Virus record (IMG/VR): IMGVR_UViG_3300036770_005816
Coordinates: 1 to 64,000 of that record
Length of the DNA stretch: 64,000 bases
Direction: 5' to 3' (one strand)
From: a virus
The notes under the pieces are model-generated. The model was not told the DNA's origin and searched no databases. It saw only the letters and a program-made list of their open reading frames with translations. Every line of letters starts with the position of its first letter. The stretch's first letter is position 1. Shown here piece after piece: positions 38,201-46,075 of the stretch. The translations under genes and the position numbers were made by a program.

Positions 38201-40086
38201 GTCGTGGAGGTGTGGCAGAAAACGACGCTAAAGCATTTGACGATGTTGTCAAAGAAGTTAACGGGATGGTGAGTCGAACCGATGACAAACTTAGTGATTC
38301 GCAAGTTGCGGAACTGAAAAACATTTTCGAAGAATATCGAAATCAAGCAGGACCGATTAAAAGAAATGTCGATGCTCGCATAGAGTTCGACAGACTAGTT
38401 AATGAAGGTCAAATAGACCCACAAATCGACGAGTTGATTCAAGGTAGGCGCGACAAATTGGATGAAGCGCAAAGAAAGCGTAACGTCGCTAGACAAAACA
38501 TGGATAGGGGTCTTGGCAACGGAAAAGTTTCAGAGAAGATGGATGAAATCCGCGAATATGTTAAGGCGCAAAGAAATGTCCGTCAGATTGAAGAAGAATT
38601 AGACAGGTTCGAGAAGCGCAAAAATGTCATAAAACAGCAGAAGAAGCGAATTCCGTCGGATTACAAACTGTTTGTTGATGAAGGTGGAATGGAACTGAAT
38701 GATGTTACAAGCGAAATGTTGCGCGGTGGCGCGGACAGGGGAGCGGTCGAGCAGGATTGGTTTAGGAAACAAGTCGAAGACGGCATCGCCAAACAAGTCC
38801 TAGATGAAGGAAACGATTTCGAAGGAGGCGCCGTTTATCGACTCCCGAACGGTTCGTATGTTTTCATTTCCGATAAGCAGCGAACACGAATGCGACAGAT
38901 GGAGGAGAGAGAACGACTTCCCAAAAATCAAAGAGCAGAGCGAATAATCATAATCGACAAAAAATATGCCCCCGACAGACCAGCGAACGCACGACCACAA
39001 ATGCAGAAAGCGTTGGGGACAGAAGACCGAGGTCCTGTCGGCAACGCATTCCCACGACGCAGAAATGAAATGGGCGAATTCGGCATCAAATTCTCCGAAA
39101 AAGGAATCGGAGAGTATGTTCCCGTCAACAACCCTGAGATACGCACAAAAGAAGATGCAATCAAATGGGTCGCGAATGGGGAATCACTCGATGAAGTTCC
39201 GCACGAGTTTTGGCACGACGCAATTGAAGCGAACTCAAGCACAGCGAAACGCGATAAATCTAAGCGATTTAGGCAACTTGCTAGAAACGGTGGAGCAGTT
39301 GGGGATACGCGAATATACGTCCTCCGCGATAAAAGCGGTTATGGAACGAATCATGGCATCGTTCTCAAAGCGGCACAACCCGGAGACAATATTGGCGAGG
39401 TGGTTGGGTGGAATTATCTAGACCGCCTGGGCATCATTGATGGCGGCGCCGTATATGACGGCGAATCAGAAGGAGGTCAGCGGTATGTCATGTTTAACTT
39501 CGCGTTCAAAGACATTCCAGAAGGAAATGAAATTGACATGAGAGAAGGCGTCGAAAACTTCGCTGTTGGCGATGCAGAAGCAGACCCGTACCAGGCTCTT
39601 CCGGGACGTGTCACCCATTGGCTTGCAAACTATATGCTTGGCGTTTCGGATAGACATCCATGGAACGGATTCCTCAAAAGGGTTAAAAATGATGGACAAG
39701 ACAAGGTTCATATAGTCCCAATTGATTTGGGCTGGGCGGGTCGCGCTGTTCTCGACGACCCAATCCAATTTGTCGAATTTGGGTATCTTGGACTCGACAG
39801 CGGAATTCTTGACGACATGCAACGTCTATATGCTTCCGCTACGCCAGAAAATAAACAACGAATACTTCGCGACCTGACAAGAGCCGTGGACAATGTGATT
39901 GAAAAAACTGAAAACATGCTCGATGTCGATTTGGATGTCTTTGTTGCTCAGGCTATAAAAAACGTGCCCGAGAAAGAACGAAGAAGCGCGCAAAATAAGT
40001 CTGAGAGACTATACAACCAGATGAAAGGTCTCTTGGATACCCTAAAGCGTAGACGTCAAGCAATTATCGACAAGGTGACAAGGTAG
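35227..40086 (+). CDS. Large modular protein: C-x17-C tag, coiled-coil linker, C-terminal HipA/PI3-4K-like kinase domain
   Basis: 1619 aa; WRCPVGTRYGGQITDRFGRNC; GIVLK...GEVVG...NYMLGVSDRHPWN...IVPIDLG. Confidence 0.75.
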   Translation: MKKVFFVRRDGGKPYMLVTVQPGGTEFQPISDDADDVSDVLESVFKNKPITKRQLDDALDQDFAIEGPVAVTRDTNKKIKEFANTDVPSLKSMDFSAIKISDLGVSNTKDLVNFKARSFLYDQTKTTFNYEVKRVRAIWDPSLSIPGTGRRGGWRCPVGTRYGGQITDRFGRNCGWGVARRIANAITNIGERLESVDDRRRGRRAEQRNQRVMRRLQRDARGGAAERGLRAVADVLDGEDTASPTPEAPAARTPKAPAKPRGRRRVFDSDVRDAGLRDSELRRVRREIEEPGAPRTGVIDLDDTIELPAGESTPDSRSFRNVNNRFPKNGLPDEAYWRRDSYTGDDKAELERRFGRYYDDKNKINQRGKFVNQRLDDFRKRQAAPKKKPEPRKQPRGKRKPSQRPKGVVEGPLDGESFNDYVDRKYDEYKNRVEKIQRDGGRAGLLTKKEWFDVNQGNLRSAWDKKNPDKKRREPRKKPAGRAKPPVADKEPTPKRPRKISKKDVFDNSIQAVSYEGAAKKIDDLPDNWLGDGPNRFANAEGMRDSLRRLAARLAKYDKDDRVELENGEDIRVEDLAKNVLDAADAWDRFAKRAGNDDDERARRAEVADILENQRANNRPAQPDTRERIEQLIDEEAEIERQLERNNLANFGADAKDWTEAHDGMMKQIGLRNDEVRNEDDQAFKDNWNAEDAEQRNQFEEEMAQLDMGNMDAAELEERINLRDEQIKQALEQLEKDLKLVEKLRKPQNPEEFAERKRAFERIAANERRVNLNKQFNKENRGILEGMRDNGGTTQSPPRGAKKPKNSDIKRVVKFEEIDENEGISVGDAIAHIGFRDEDDRVIDALAEKFGIPTRDTQRQRESNVGRVNMADVGEAIRERIERNKKERWNPNEKKEFAEKLADQDDDVLDRTEEDADRAVDQAADKVRTALEDLARIRRKIKERKGSLKRLKKEDKQDLQREADRLIVWNAILLEKRARLKMVQDELQKRQGRGGVAENDAKAFDDVVKEVNGMVSRTDDKLSDSQVAELKNIFEEYRNQAGPIKRNVDARIEFDRLVNEGQIDPQIDELIQGRRDKLDEAQRKRNVARQNMDRGLGNGKVSEKMDEIREYVKAQRNVRQIEEELDRFEKRKNVIKQQKKRIPSDYKLFVDEGGMELNDVTSEMLRGGADRGAVEQDWFRKQVEDGIAKQVLDEGNDFEGGAVYRLPNGSYVFISDKQRTRMRQMEERERLPKNQRAERIIIIDKKYAPDRPANARPQMQKALGTEDRGPVGNAFPRRRNEMGEFGIKFSEKGIGEYVPVNNPEIRTKEDAIKWVANGESLDEVPHEFWHDAIEANSSTAKRDKSKRFRQLARNGGAVGDTRIYVLRDKSGYGTNHGIVLKAAQPGDNIGEVVGWNYLDRLGIIDGGAVYDGESEGGQRYVMFNFAFKDIPEGNEIDMREGVENFAVGDAEADPYQALPGRVTHWLANYMLGVSDRHPWNGFLKRVKNDGQDKVHIVPIDLGWAGRAVLDDPIQFVEFGYLGLDSGILDDMQRLYASATPENKQRILRDLTRAVDNVIEKTENMLDVDLDVFVAQAIKNVPEKERRSAQNKSERLYNQMKGLLDTLKRRRQAIIDKVTR

Positions 40087-40091
40087 CGGTT

Positions 40092-40445
40092 ATGGCTGAT
40101 TTTGCAAAAATAGTTTTAGACAATGATTACTTCTATTCATTCAAAGATGAACCAGATACATGCATCGCCAAAAATGATAACGGGAACATAGAGTTGCGGG
40201 GCAATAACAAAAAAATTGTGGACTTTGTTTATGATGTTTTGTCTGAGTCTGCAGGCAAATCGACATATTCAAACTCGAAATATGGTTTAGAATATGTGTT
40301 GTCAAAATTGGTCGGTCCGTCAATTGACTACAGTTCCGATTTCTCATTTATTGAAGAGGATTATGAGGAACTTGCCGAAAAACTCAAAGTGACCAAATCT
40401 TTCAAAGTTATATCTACAAAGAAACAAATGAGCGATGACGAATAA
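40092..40445 (+). CDS. Small acidic protein (immunity-like position)
   Basis: 117 aa, AT-richer than flanks, directly after kinase gene 1. Confidence 0.65.
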   Translation: MADFAKIVLDNDYFYSFKDEPDTCIAKNDNGNIELRGNNKKIVDFVYDVLSESAGKSTYSNSKYGLEYVLSKLVGPSIDYSSDFSFIEEDYEELAEKLKVTKSFKVISTKKQMSDDE

Positions 40446-43400
40446 GAATCTCATCAACTATAAAGCGCAACGCTTCCAAAGTGAACTGAATAAAACCACG
40501 TTCGCTTATGAAGTGAAGCGTGTTCGCGCGTTGTGGGACCCGACACTTTCAATACCTGGGACGGGTAGACGTGGCGGTTGGAGATGTCCTGTTGGTACGC
40601 GGTACGGAGGTCAGATAACCGACCGTTTTGGAAGAAACTGTGGGTGGGGCGTTGCTCGCCGTATTGCAAACTCCATCACGAACATTGGTGAAAGATTGGA
40701 AAGCCTCGACGACAGGCGTAGGGGCAGACGAGTAGATAGACGAAACAGGCGTATGGCTGGACGGCTTCAGCGGAACGCGGAAGCAGGTCGGGCAGAGCGC
40801 CGTTTGCGCGGTGTCGCCGATGTCCTGGATGGCGGAGAAGGAACCGACCGAGTAGCACGACCGCCACGAGGGAGAGAAGTTGTCCTTGATGATGTGGACG
40901 CTCCAGAGACTTCCCCTGTTGTCTTAGATGATGGTGGGAGACCGCTAGACGGAAGAGCCGAAAGACGAGAGGCGCGTAAGCGCAGAAGGCAAGAACGACG
41001 CGAGCGACGACTCCGTGAAGCGCAGGAAAGAGAAGAGAGAGGTGACCCACCTGCAGGTCAACTTGGTCGCGGCTGGCGAGGCGTTCTTTCGGAAGGCAAT
41101 CGAAGATACAACGAACAAGGAAATCGTCCTTGGTGGGGTGAGGGTCAACCTGCACCGCGCCCTGATGCTGATTCGGTTGATGTTCCGAGCAGACCAGACA
41201 GAGGTGACGCAGATGCGGAAACACCGCGTCCTCGTCGCCCGCGACCAGAAGGAGAACGCGGACGACGCAGACCGCGAGCAGAGCGAGACGAAGCAGACAT
41301 AGTTGAACCGACTCCAGAAACACCTGATGCATCAGAACCGACACCAGAGGCTCCGAGACCGCCACGGAGACCACGAGCACCGCGAGATGGGGAGGAAAGA
41401 CGACCACGCCCAGGCGAGCGGAGACCTCCACGCGTACCGGCTGCCGACGAAGAAGACGAAGGACTGTTTGACGATTTCCTTAGACCCGGCGCACCGAAGC
41501 GTGACGGCAGAGAACCTGGGGAGATTGTTATCGGTAGCGACGGAGAACCCTATAAATGGGTACCGAACCCCGATGCGAACGTTATTGGTGCAGGAAAACA
41601 AGAAAAGGGTTTTTGGGTTCCCGCATCTGAAGTCGATTTAGAAAATGACCGCCTGAGAAAGAAAGAGCGAAGAGTAAAAGGCGACGATTTACGCAACCCG
41701 AAATCACCAAAAGGTGCACCAGACCCAGAAGGCAAGAACCGTATTTGGACGGACGATGAGGGCGACCAATGGGAGTACGACCCGAACAGCAGACAGTGGA
41801 ACATCAGAGGCAATCCGAGTAAGCGCCGTGAGGCTGAAGAAAACGACAGAGCAAGGCGAGACAATAGGAATGAGCGGTTGCGTGAAAGAAACGAGCGTGG
41901 GAGACGCAGGGCGCCACGCGATGAAGATGAGCGAGACAGAGATTTGCGTTTTTCTGAACGCCGACGTGTACGAAGAGAAATAGAAGAACCCGGCGCACCA
42001 CGAACAGCGCCCGGGGAAACACCAGAAGCGGAAGCACCAAAGCCCAAGAGACCTGCTCGCAAGAGGAACCGTAGACGTGCCGCTTCTGATGAAATCGCAA
42101 CTGAGTCAGCGACTCGACGACCACCAACTCCGAAAGACAAGCCACAAGGCGGACAACCTAAGCCGTCAGAGCGAATCAACCTTGATGAGGAAATGATTGA
42201 ACTTGCGGAAGGCGAGAGTATGCCCGATTCGCGTTCATTCCGAAATGTGAATAACCGTTTCCCGAAGAACGGTCTCCCGAAGAGCGCATATTGGCGTAAA
42301 CCAGATTACGACGGTAATGACAAACCAGAACTTGAACGACGTTTTGGCAGATACTACGATGCGGACGGGAATATCAATAACCGTGGTCGTTTGGTTAATC
42401 AAGAAATTGAAAAACGTAAACGTGGGGGTGGTCTCACACCGAAAGGTCGCAAGCCTCGCCAACGCAAAAAGCCGGCTGATGCACCGAAGCAACCCGTGGA
42501 GAACACTCCACCGAATCAGGCTGATATCCCATCGCCACCGTCATTGGCGGTCACCGAGGAAGCATCAACTGCATTCAGAGAACTTCCGGACGACGCCAAG
42601 ACAAAAGCGCGACAACTTTTCCGTGTGCTTATGCGAGGCAGAGACAGGGAAAATGAAGTTCAAGATGATGTCGTCGATAATGCGATTCGTCGTCCACCTG
42701 GCGATGTAAACAATCAGAATCTTAGAGCACTGCTTGCCGCTCAGCAACAAAATATACAAAGAATAACAAAAGACAAATCTGACGCAACAGCAAACATTGA
42801 GCGGTTGAAACAGGATTACGGGTTGGATAGTCCAACGGGTTTGCGATACGACATTCTTCCTGATGATGTCAAAGACCGCTATGTAGACAATGTTGCCGTC
42901 GTCATGCGCGCAGATAAAGAACTGGCGAGCAATCAAAGACGAATCGCAAGATTGCAAGAAGAAATTATCAGGCGAGATATCGCGAACCCTCCAGTAAACC
43001 AGCCGCAGACTCCGCAGGCTGGACAGACCCCTTCGCCAACGCCGCAATCTCCGCAGCCTCAAGGTCGAAGAAAACTCGCTGACAGATTCATGTTTGTAAA
43101 GCGACGCAAGAATCGTGACAATGTGGTTGCCCCACTCGGTGACGTCGACAAAAATGGAGTCGTTGTTGGCAAGACGGTGAAAGTTGGCGAAAACGGCATG
43201 AACACCAAAGATGAAGCCGTTAAATATTTGCAAGATGGTGGTGAAATAGGAAACGTTCCAGACGAATTCCTGTTTGATGCACTTGAGGGAGTGTCGCATG
43301 ACGGTTCACAGGATTGGGGAGATTTCGTAACCGAAGATGTGTTCAACGACTTGGTTACTAGGGGTGTGATTAACGCGGATGGAATCGACTACGACGCATT

Positions 43401-44238
43401 CCGCCGAAAGAAGTATCATCACTTCTTGTTTGCGCAGGCTCTCTCTGCTTCCGACATGGAAATACCCGAGGAACTCAGAGACAAACTTAAAGGGAAAAAG
43501 TTCGTTCGACTAAGGAGCGGAAGTGCGGCAGCACCTTGGTTGCATTTCCGTGTTTCGGATGACGGGAAACGCCTCACCGGTGAGGGTTTCGTTATCAAGC
43601 CACCAGATGGCTATAACGGCGACGAATCCAACATGTTTGAACTTATGGGCGCCGAATTGTCCGCAATGCTAGGAGCACCAGGCGAAGGTGGTCGTGTTGA
43701 CGGACTCAAAAACGGAAGTAGAACCATTGTTATTCCTTTCGGTGGAAACATGATTGAAGGGAAAATGGTTGTCGGCGTCTATAATCACAAAGGCAATAAA
43801 AAAGACAGACTATTGAATGTCTTGTCGAATTTTGTTCTCAATGTTGGCGACAGACATGGGTTTAATGGAATGGTGTTTAAAGATGAAAACGGGAACGATG
43901 TCGCATATCCGATTGATTTTGGTCGAGCAAGCCCTGGGCGAACTGTGACCGAGGACGGGTTGCGCAATTATTGGGAGACTTTCGATATGGATAGAAAAGC
44001 GGGAATGGGCGCGCGCGATATTGGAGCAGCGAACGAGTTGGGAAGAGAACTTCTTCCCAGACTTAAGGCTATTGATTTTGAAGAAATGGCACGACGATTT
44101 GGCGCAATGTATGGTGACAAACAGGCTCTAAGCGCTGCACAGGTTGCGGAGAGAATTGACCAAATCAGGAAACGGGTCAACGCCATTATTCGCATCCTTG
44201 AGACACGAGGGCTTGGCGATGTTCTGTTTCAGCGTTAA
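40435..44238 (+). CDS. Large modular protein paralog: C-x17-C tag, Arg/Pro-rich linker, C-terminal HipA/PI3-4K-like kinase domain
   Basis: 1267 aa; tag region nearly identical to 35227; GFVIKP...FELMG...NFVLNVGDRHGFN...AYPIDFG. Confidence 0.75.
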   Translation: MTNKNLINYKAQRFQSELNKTTFAYEVKRVRALWDPTLSIPGTGRRGGWRCPVGTRYGGQITDRFGRNCGWGVARRIANSITNIGERLESLDDRRRGRRVDRRNRRMAGRLQRNAEAGRAERRLRGVADVLDGGEGTDRVARPPRGREVVLDDVDAPETSPVVLDDGGRPLDGRAERREARKRRRQERRERRLREAQEREERGDPPAGQLGRGWRGVLSEGNRRYNEQGNRPWWGEGQPAPRPDADSVDVPSRPDRGDADAETPRPRRPRPEGERGRRRPRAERDEADIVEPTPETPDASEPTPEAPRPPRRPRAPRDGEERRPRPGERRPPRVPAADEEDEGLFDDFLRPGAPKRDGREPGEIVIGSDGEPYKWVPNPDANVIGAGKQEKGFWVPASEVDLENDRLRKKERRVKGDDLRNPKSPKGAPDPEGKNRIWTDDEGDQWEYDPNSRQWNIRGNPSKRREAEENDRARRDNRNERLRERNERGRRRAPRDEDERDRDLRFSERRRVRREIEEPGAPRTAPGETPEAEAPKPKRPARKRNRRRAASDEIATESATRRPPTPKDKPQGGQPKPSERINLDEEMIELAEGESMPDSRSFRNVNNRFPKNGLPKSAYWRKPDYDGNDKPELERRFGRYYDADGNINNRGRLVNQEIEKRKRGGGLTPKGRKPRQRKKPADAPKQPVENTPPNQADIPSPPSLAVTEEASTAFRELPDDAKTKARQLFRVLMRGRDRENEVQDDVVDNAIRRPPGDVNNQNLRALLAAQQQNIQRITKDKSDATANIERLKQDYGLDSPTGLRYDILPDDVKDRYVDNVAVVMRADKELASNQRRIARLQEEIIRRDIANPPVNQPQTPQAGQTPSPTPQSPQPQGRRKLADRFMFVKRRKNRDNVVAPLGDVDKNGVVVGKTVKVGENGMNTKDEAVKYLQDGGEIGNVPDEFLFDALEGVSHDGSQDWGDFVTEDVFNDLVTRGVINADGIDYDAFRRKKYHHFLFAQALSASDMEIPEELRDKLKGKKFVRLRSGSAAAPWLHFRVSDDGKRLTGEGFVIKPPDGYNGDESNMFELMGAELSAMLGAPGEGGRVDGLKNGSRTIVIPFGGNMIEGKMVVGVYNHKGNKKDRLLNVLSNFVLNVGDRHGFNGMVFKDENGNDVAYPIDFGRASPGRTVTEDGLRNYWETFDMDRKAGMGARDIGAANELGRELLPRLKAIDFEEMARRFGAMYGDKQALSAAQVAERIDQIRKRVNAIIRILETRGLGDVLFQR

Positions 44239-44265
44239 ATTTATGCAGATTGGTAGAGTGCAATC

Positions 44266-44562
44266 ATGAAAAAAACCATGTGGGTCGGTATGGTCGGGAT
44301 GGGGAACTCTGTTGTTGTGGGTTTCGACGGAGAAAAGGTGAGGTGCGCATCAACCTCGCCAGAGTTCGAAGAGTATGTTTTGAACAATGTCAATTCTGAA
44401 CGAGTTTCGGAATTGGCGCAAAAAGATAAAGATTTCAATTATCCGCTTTATGTTGGGACATCAACCATGATGTCCTTCGGGGAGGAAGTTCCTTGGGATG
44501 AAGAGGGTTTCAAAATGTTGTCAGAAATCGCTCGCGCCTTAAGGGAAAAACAGCAAAAGTGA
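44266..44562 (+). CDS. Small hypothetical protein (immunity-like position)
   Basis: 98 aa after kinase gene 2; TGGTAGAGT -10-like element 6 nt before the ATG. Confidence 0.65.
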   Translation: MKKTMWVGMVGMGNSVVVGFDGEKVRCASTSPEFEEYVLNNVNSERVSELAQKDKDFNYPLYVGTSTMMSFGEEVPWDEEGFKMLSEIARALREKQQK

Positions 44563-45911
44563 CTACTTCGTTCGTTGTTCGCAAACGTGACGGTTCCCCG
44601 TATTTCGTCGCCACGACAGGTAAAGGGAAAACCACTTTCCGTGCTGTCTCTGCTGACGCCAAAGAACTTCTCTCCGCTTTCAAGGACGAATACTCCGATT
44701 CTGATATAACCAAACAAGAATTGGAAGTTGCCCTAGACAGAGGTATGACCGTCGAGGGTCCAATGCCCGAGTCGGCAGTTCCAAATGCGCTGGAGCGTGA
44801 AGTGAAGCCGAACGAAAAGGCTGCGAGGGTGGCATCTCGTGAGCAGGCTCTCACCGTAGCGAGACTTCTCGGTTGTCGAGGCGCCCATCAGCACGAAAAT
44901 GGTTCGTGGATGCCATGCACAACTCATGAAGAATTCGAGGCGTTGAAAAAAGGCAAGAACGACTACTACCAAGTTTCTTCGAAGAGCCGTATGCACGGTT
45001 TCACCGAGATTGAGCATCGAACGCAATTGGCGTTGACCAAATCAGGCGAGTATTACGAGGACAGGGCGATGGCTGAAGAAGCGTCGAAAAGACGCGGATG
45101 TAAGGGTGTGCGAGTCATAAAGATTGGTGGCGTCACCTACTACGCCCCTTGTGTTGCTACGGAAAGATTCGAGAAGTTGCGTGAGCGTCCGGTGGCGGGA
45201 ATTGAGACACTTCCTGACGGCGGTTTGGTATCAGCGAAAATGGACACAAAAGGATTTGTTCCTTTTGTCAGCAGGTCTACCGACCCAGACACATTCCCGA
45301 ATCCTGATTCGGCGCGTATCCGTGCAAGAAATCTTGGCTGTATCGGCATACGAAGGTATGTTGCTCGTGACGGGAAAACTGTTTGGATGCCGTGCTCCAA
45401 CGGCTCAGATTACAACCGAGTCATGAAACTGCGGAATGATGGAAGCCCGAAAAACAGGAGAGGCAATAAACCCAGTCGCGGTCGCAAGAGTTTGGTTGAT
45501 TCATCCTTTATTGAGGAAAAGGTTGTCAGAAAGCCGAAGCGAAAGAGTCCACAAATTGATAGCGAGACCGTGAACCGCCTCGCTGTTCTTGTTCGACGCC
45601 ACAATGCTGATGTATCCAAGCAGATACATCGAACCAATTTGAGGGACGCGAAGATTGTGTATCTACGCGGTCTTTCTTCTGGTGGCGAGGCGTCTGCGAA
45701 AAAACGTTTGTCGGATTTCTTTGAATCCATGAAGTCTGACAAGCCCACAAAGCGCGGAACCCGCAGGGATTTCGACTTGGTTCCCGACAATCATCCTTCC
45801 AAGAGCGGGAAGTCAGCAAAAAGGGACGACGCTTACGGTGACGGTGTTATGGGGGTTAAGTATTCGGGTGGGTGTTGCCCCAAGGTTGTGAAACGATATC
45901 ACCGACTGTAA
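44559..45911 (+). CDS. Basic protein with three A-x3-A-x3-GCxG...PC repeats (DUF3721-like)
   Basis: ARLLGCRGAH...WMPC, ASKRRGCKG...YAPC and ARNLGCIG...WMPC; N-terminal ~70 aa similar to that of 35227. Confidence 0.65.
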   Translation: MTTSFVVRKRDGSPYFVATTGKGKTTFRAVSADAKELLSAFKDEYSDSDITKQELEVALDRGMTVEGPMPESAVPNALEREVKPNEKAARVASREQALTVARLLGCRGAHQHENGSWMPCTTHEEFEALKKGKNDYYQVSSKSRMHGFTEIEHRTQLALTKSGEYYEDRAMAEEASKRRGCKGVRVIKIGGVTYYAPCVATERFEKLRERPVAGIETLPDGGLVSAKMDTKGFVPFVSRSTDPDTFPNPDSARIRARNLGCIGIRRYVARDGKTVWMPCSNGSDYNRVMKLRNDGSPKNRRGNKPSRGRKSLVDSSFIEEKVVRKPKRKSPQIDSETVNRLAVLVRRHNADVSKQIHRTNLRDAKIVYLRGLSSGGEASAKKRLSDFFESMKSDKPTKRGTRRDFDLVPDNHPSKSGKSAKRDDAYGDGVMGVKYSGGCCPKVVKRYHRL

Positions 45912-45944
45912 ACAATTTATAGTTAGATTCTGTTTTTGGTATTA

Positions 45945-45978
45945 GTTGCATTTATTGCTACTACAAACATGTTATTCT
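45945..45978 (+). promoter_or_regulatory. Candidate late promoter GTTGCATT-N20-TATTCT (with TGn extension)
   Basis: Shared motif in the AT-rich gap upstream of the major capsid gene. Confidence 0.55.
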
Positions 45979-46075
45979 CGTACTAGTAGTTAATGTAACA
46001 GTTGACTGCTGACTGGGTGCTTACCTAAGTCGAAATATATCAGTACCCAATCAAGTATTTCCGTAGGAGGAAATC

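Noticed and set aside
35608-42402. Repeated blocks as a diversity-generating retroelement TR/VR pair
   Set aside because: No reverse transcriptase in the window; differences are largely synonymous rather than adenine-specific.
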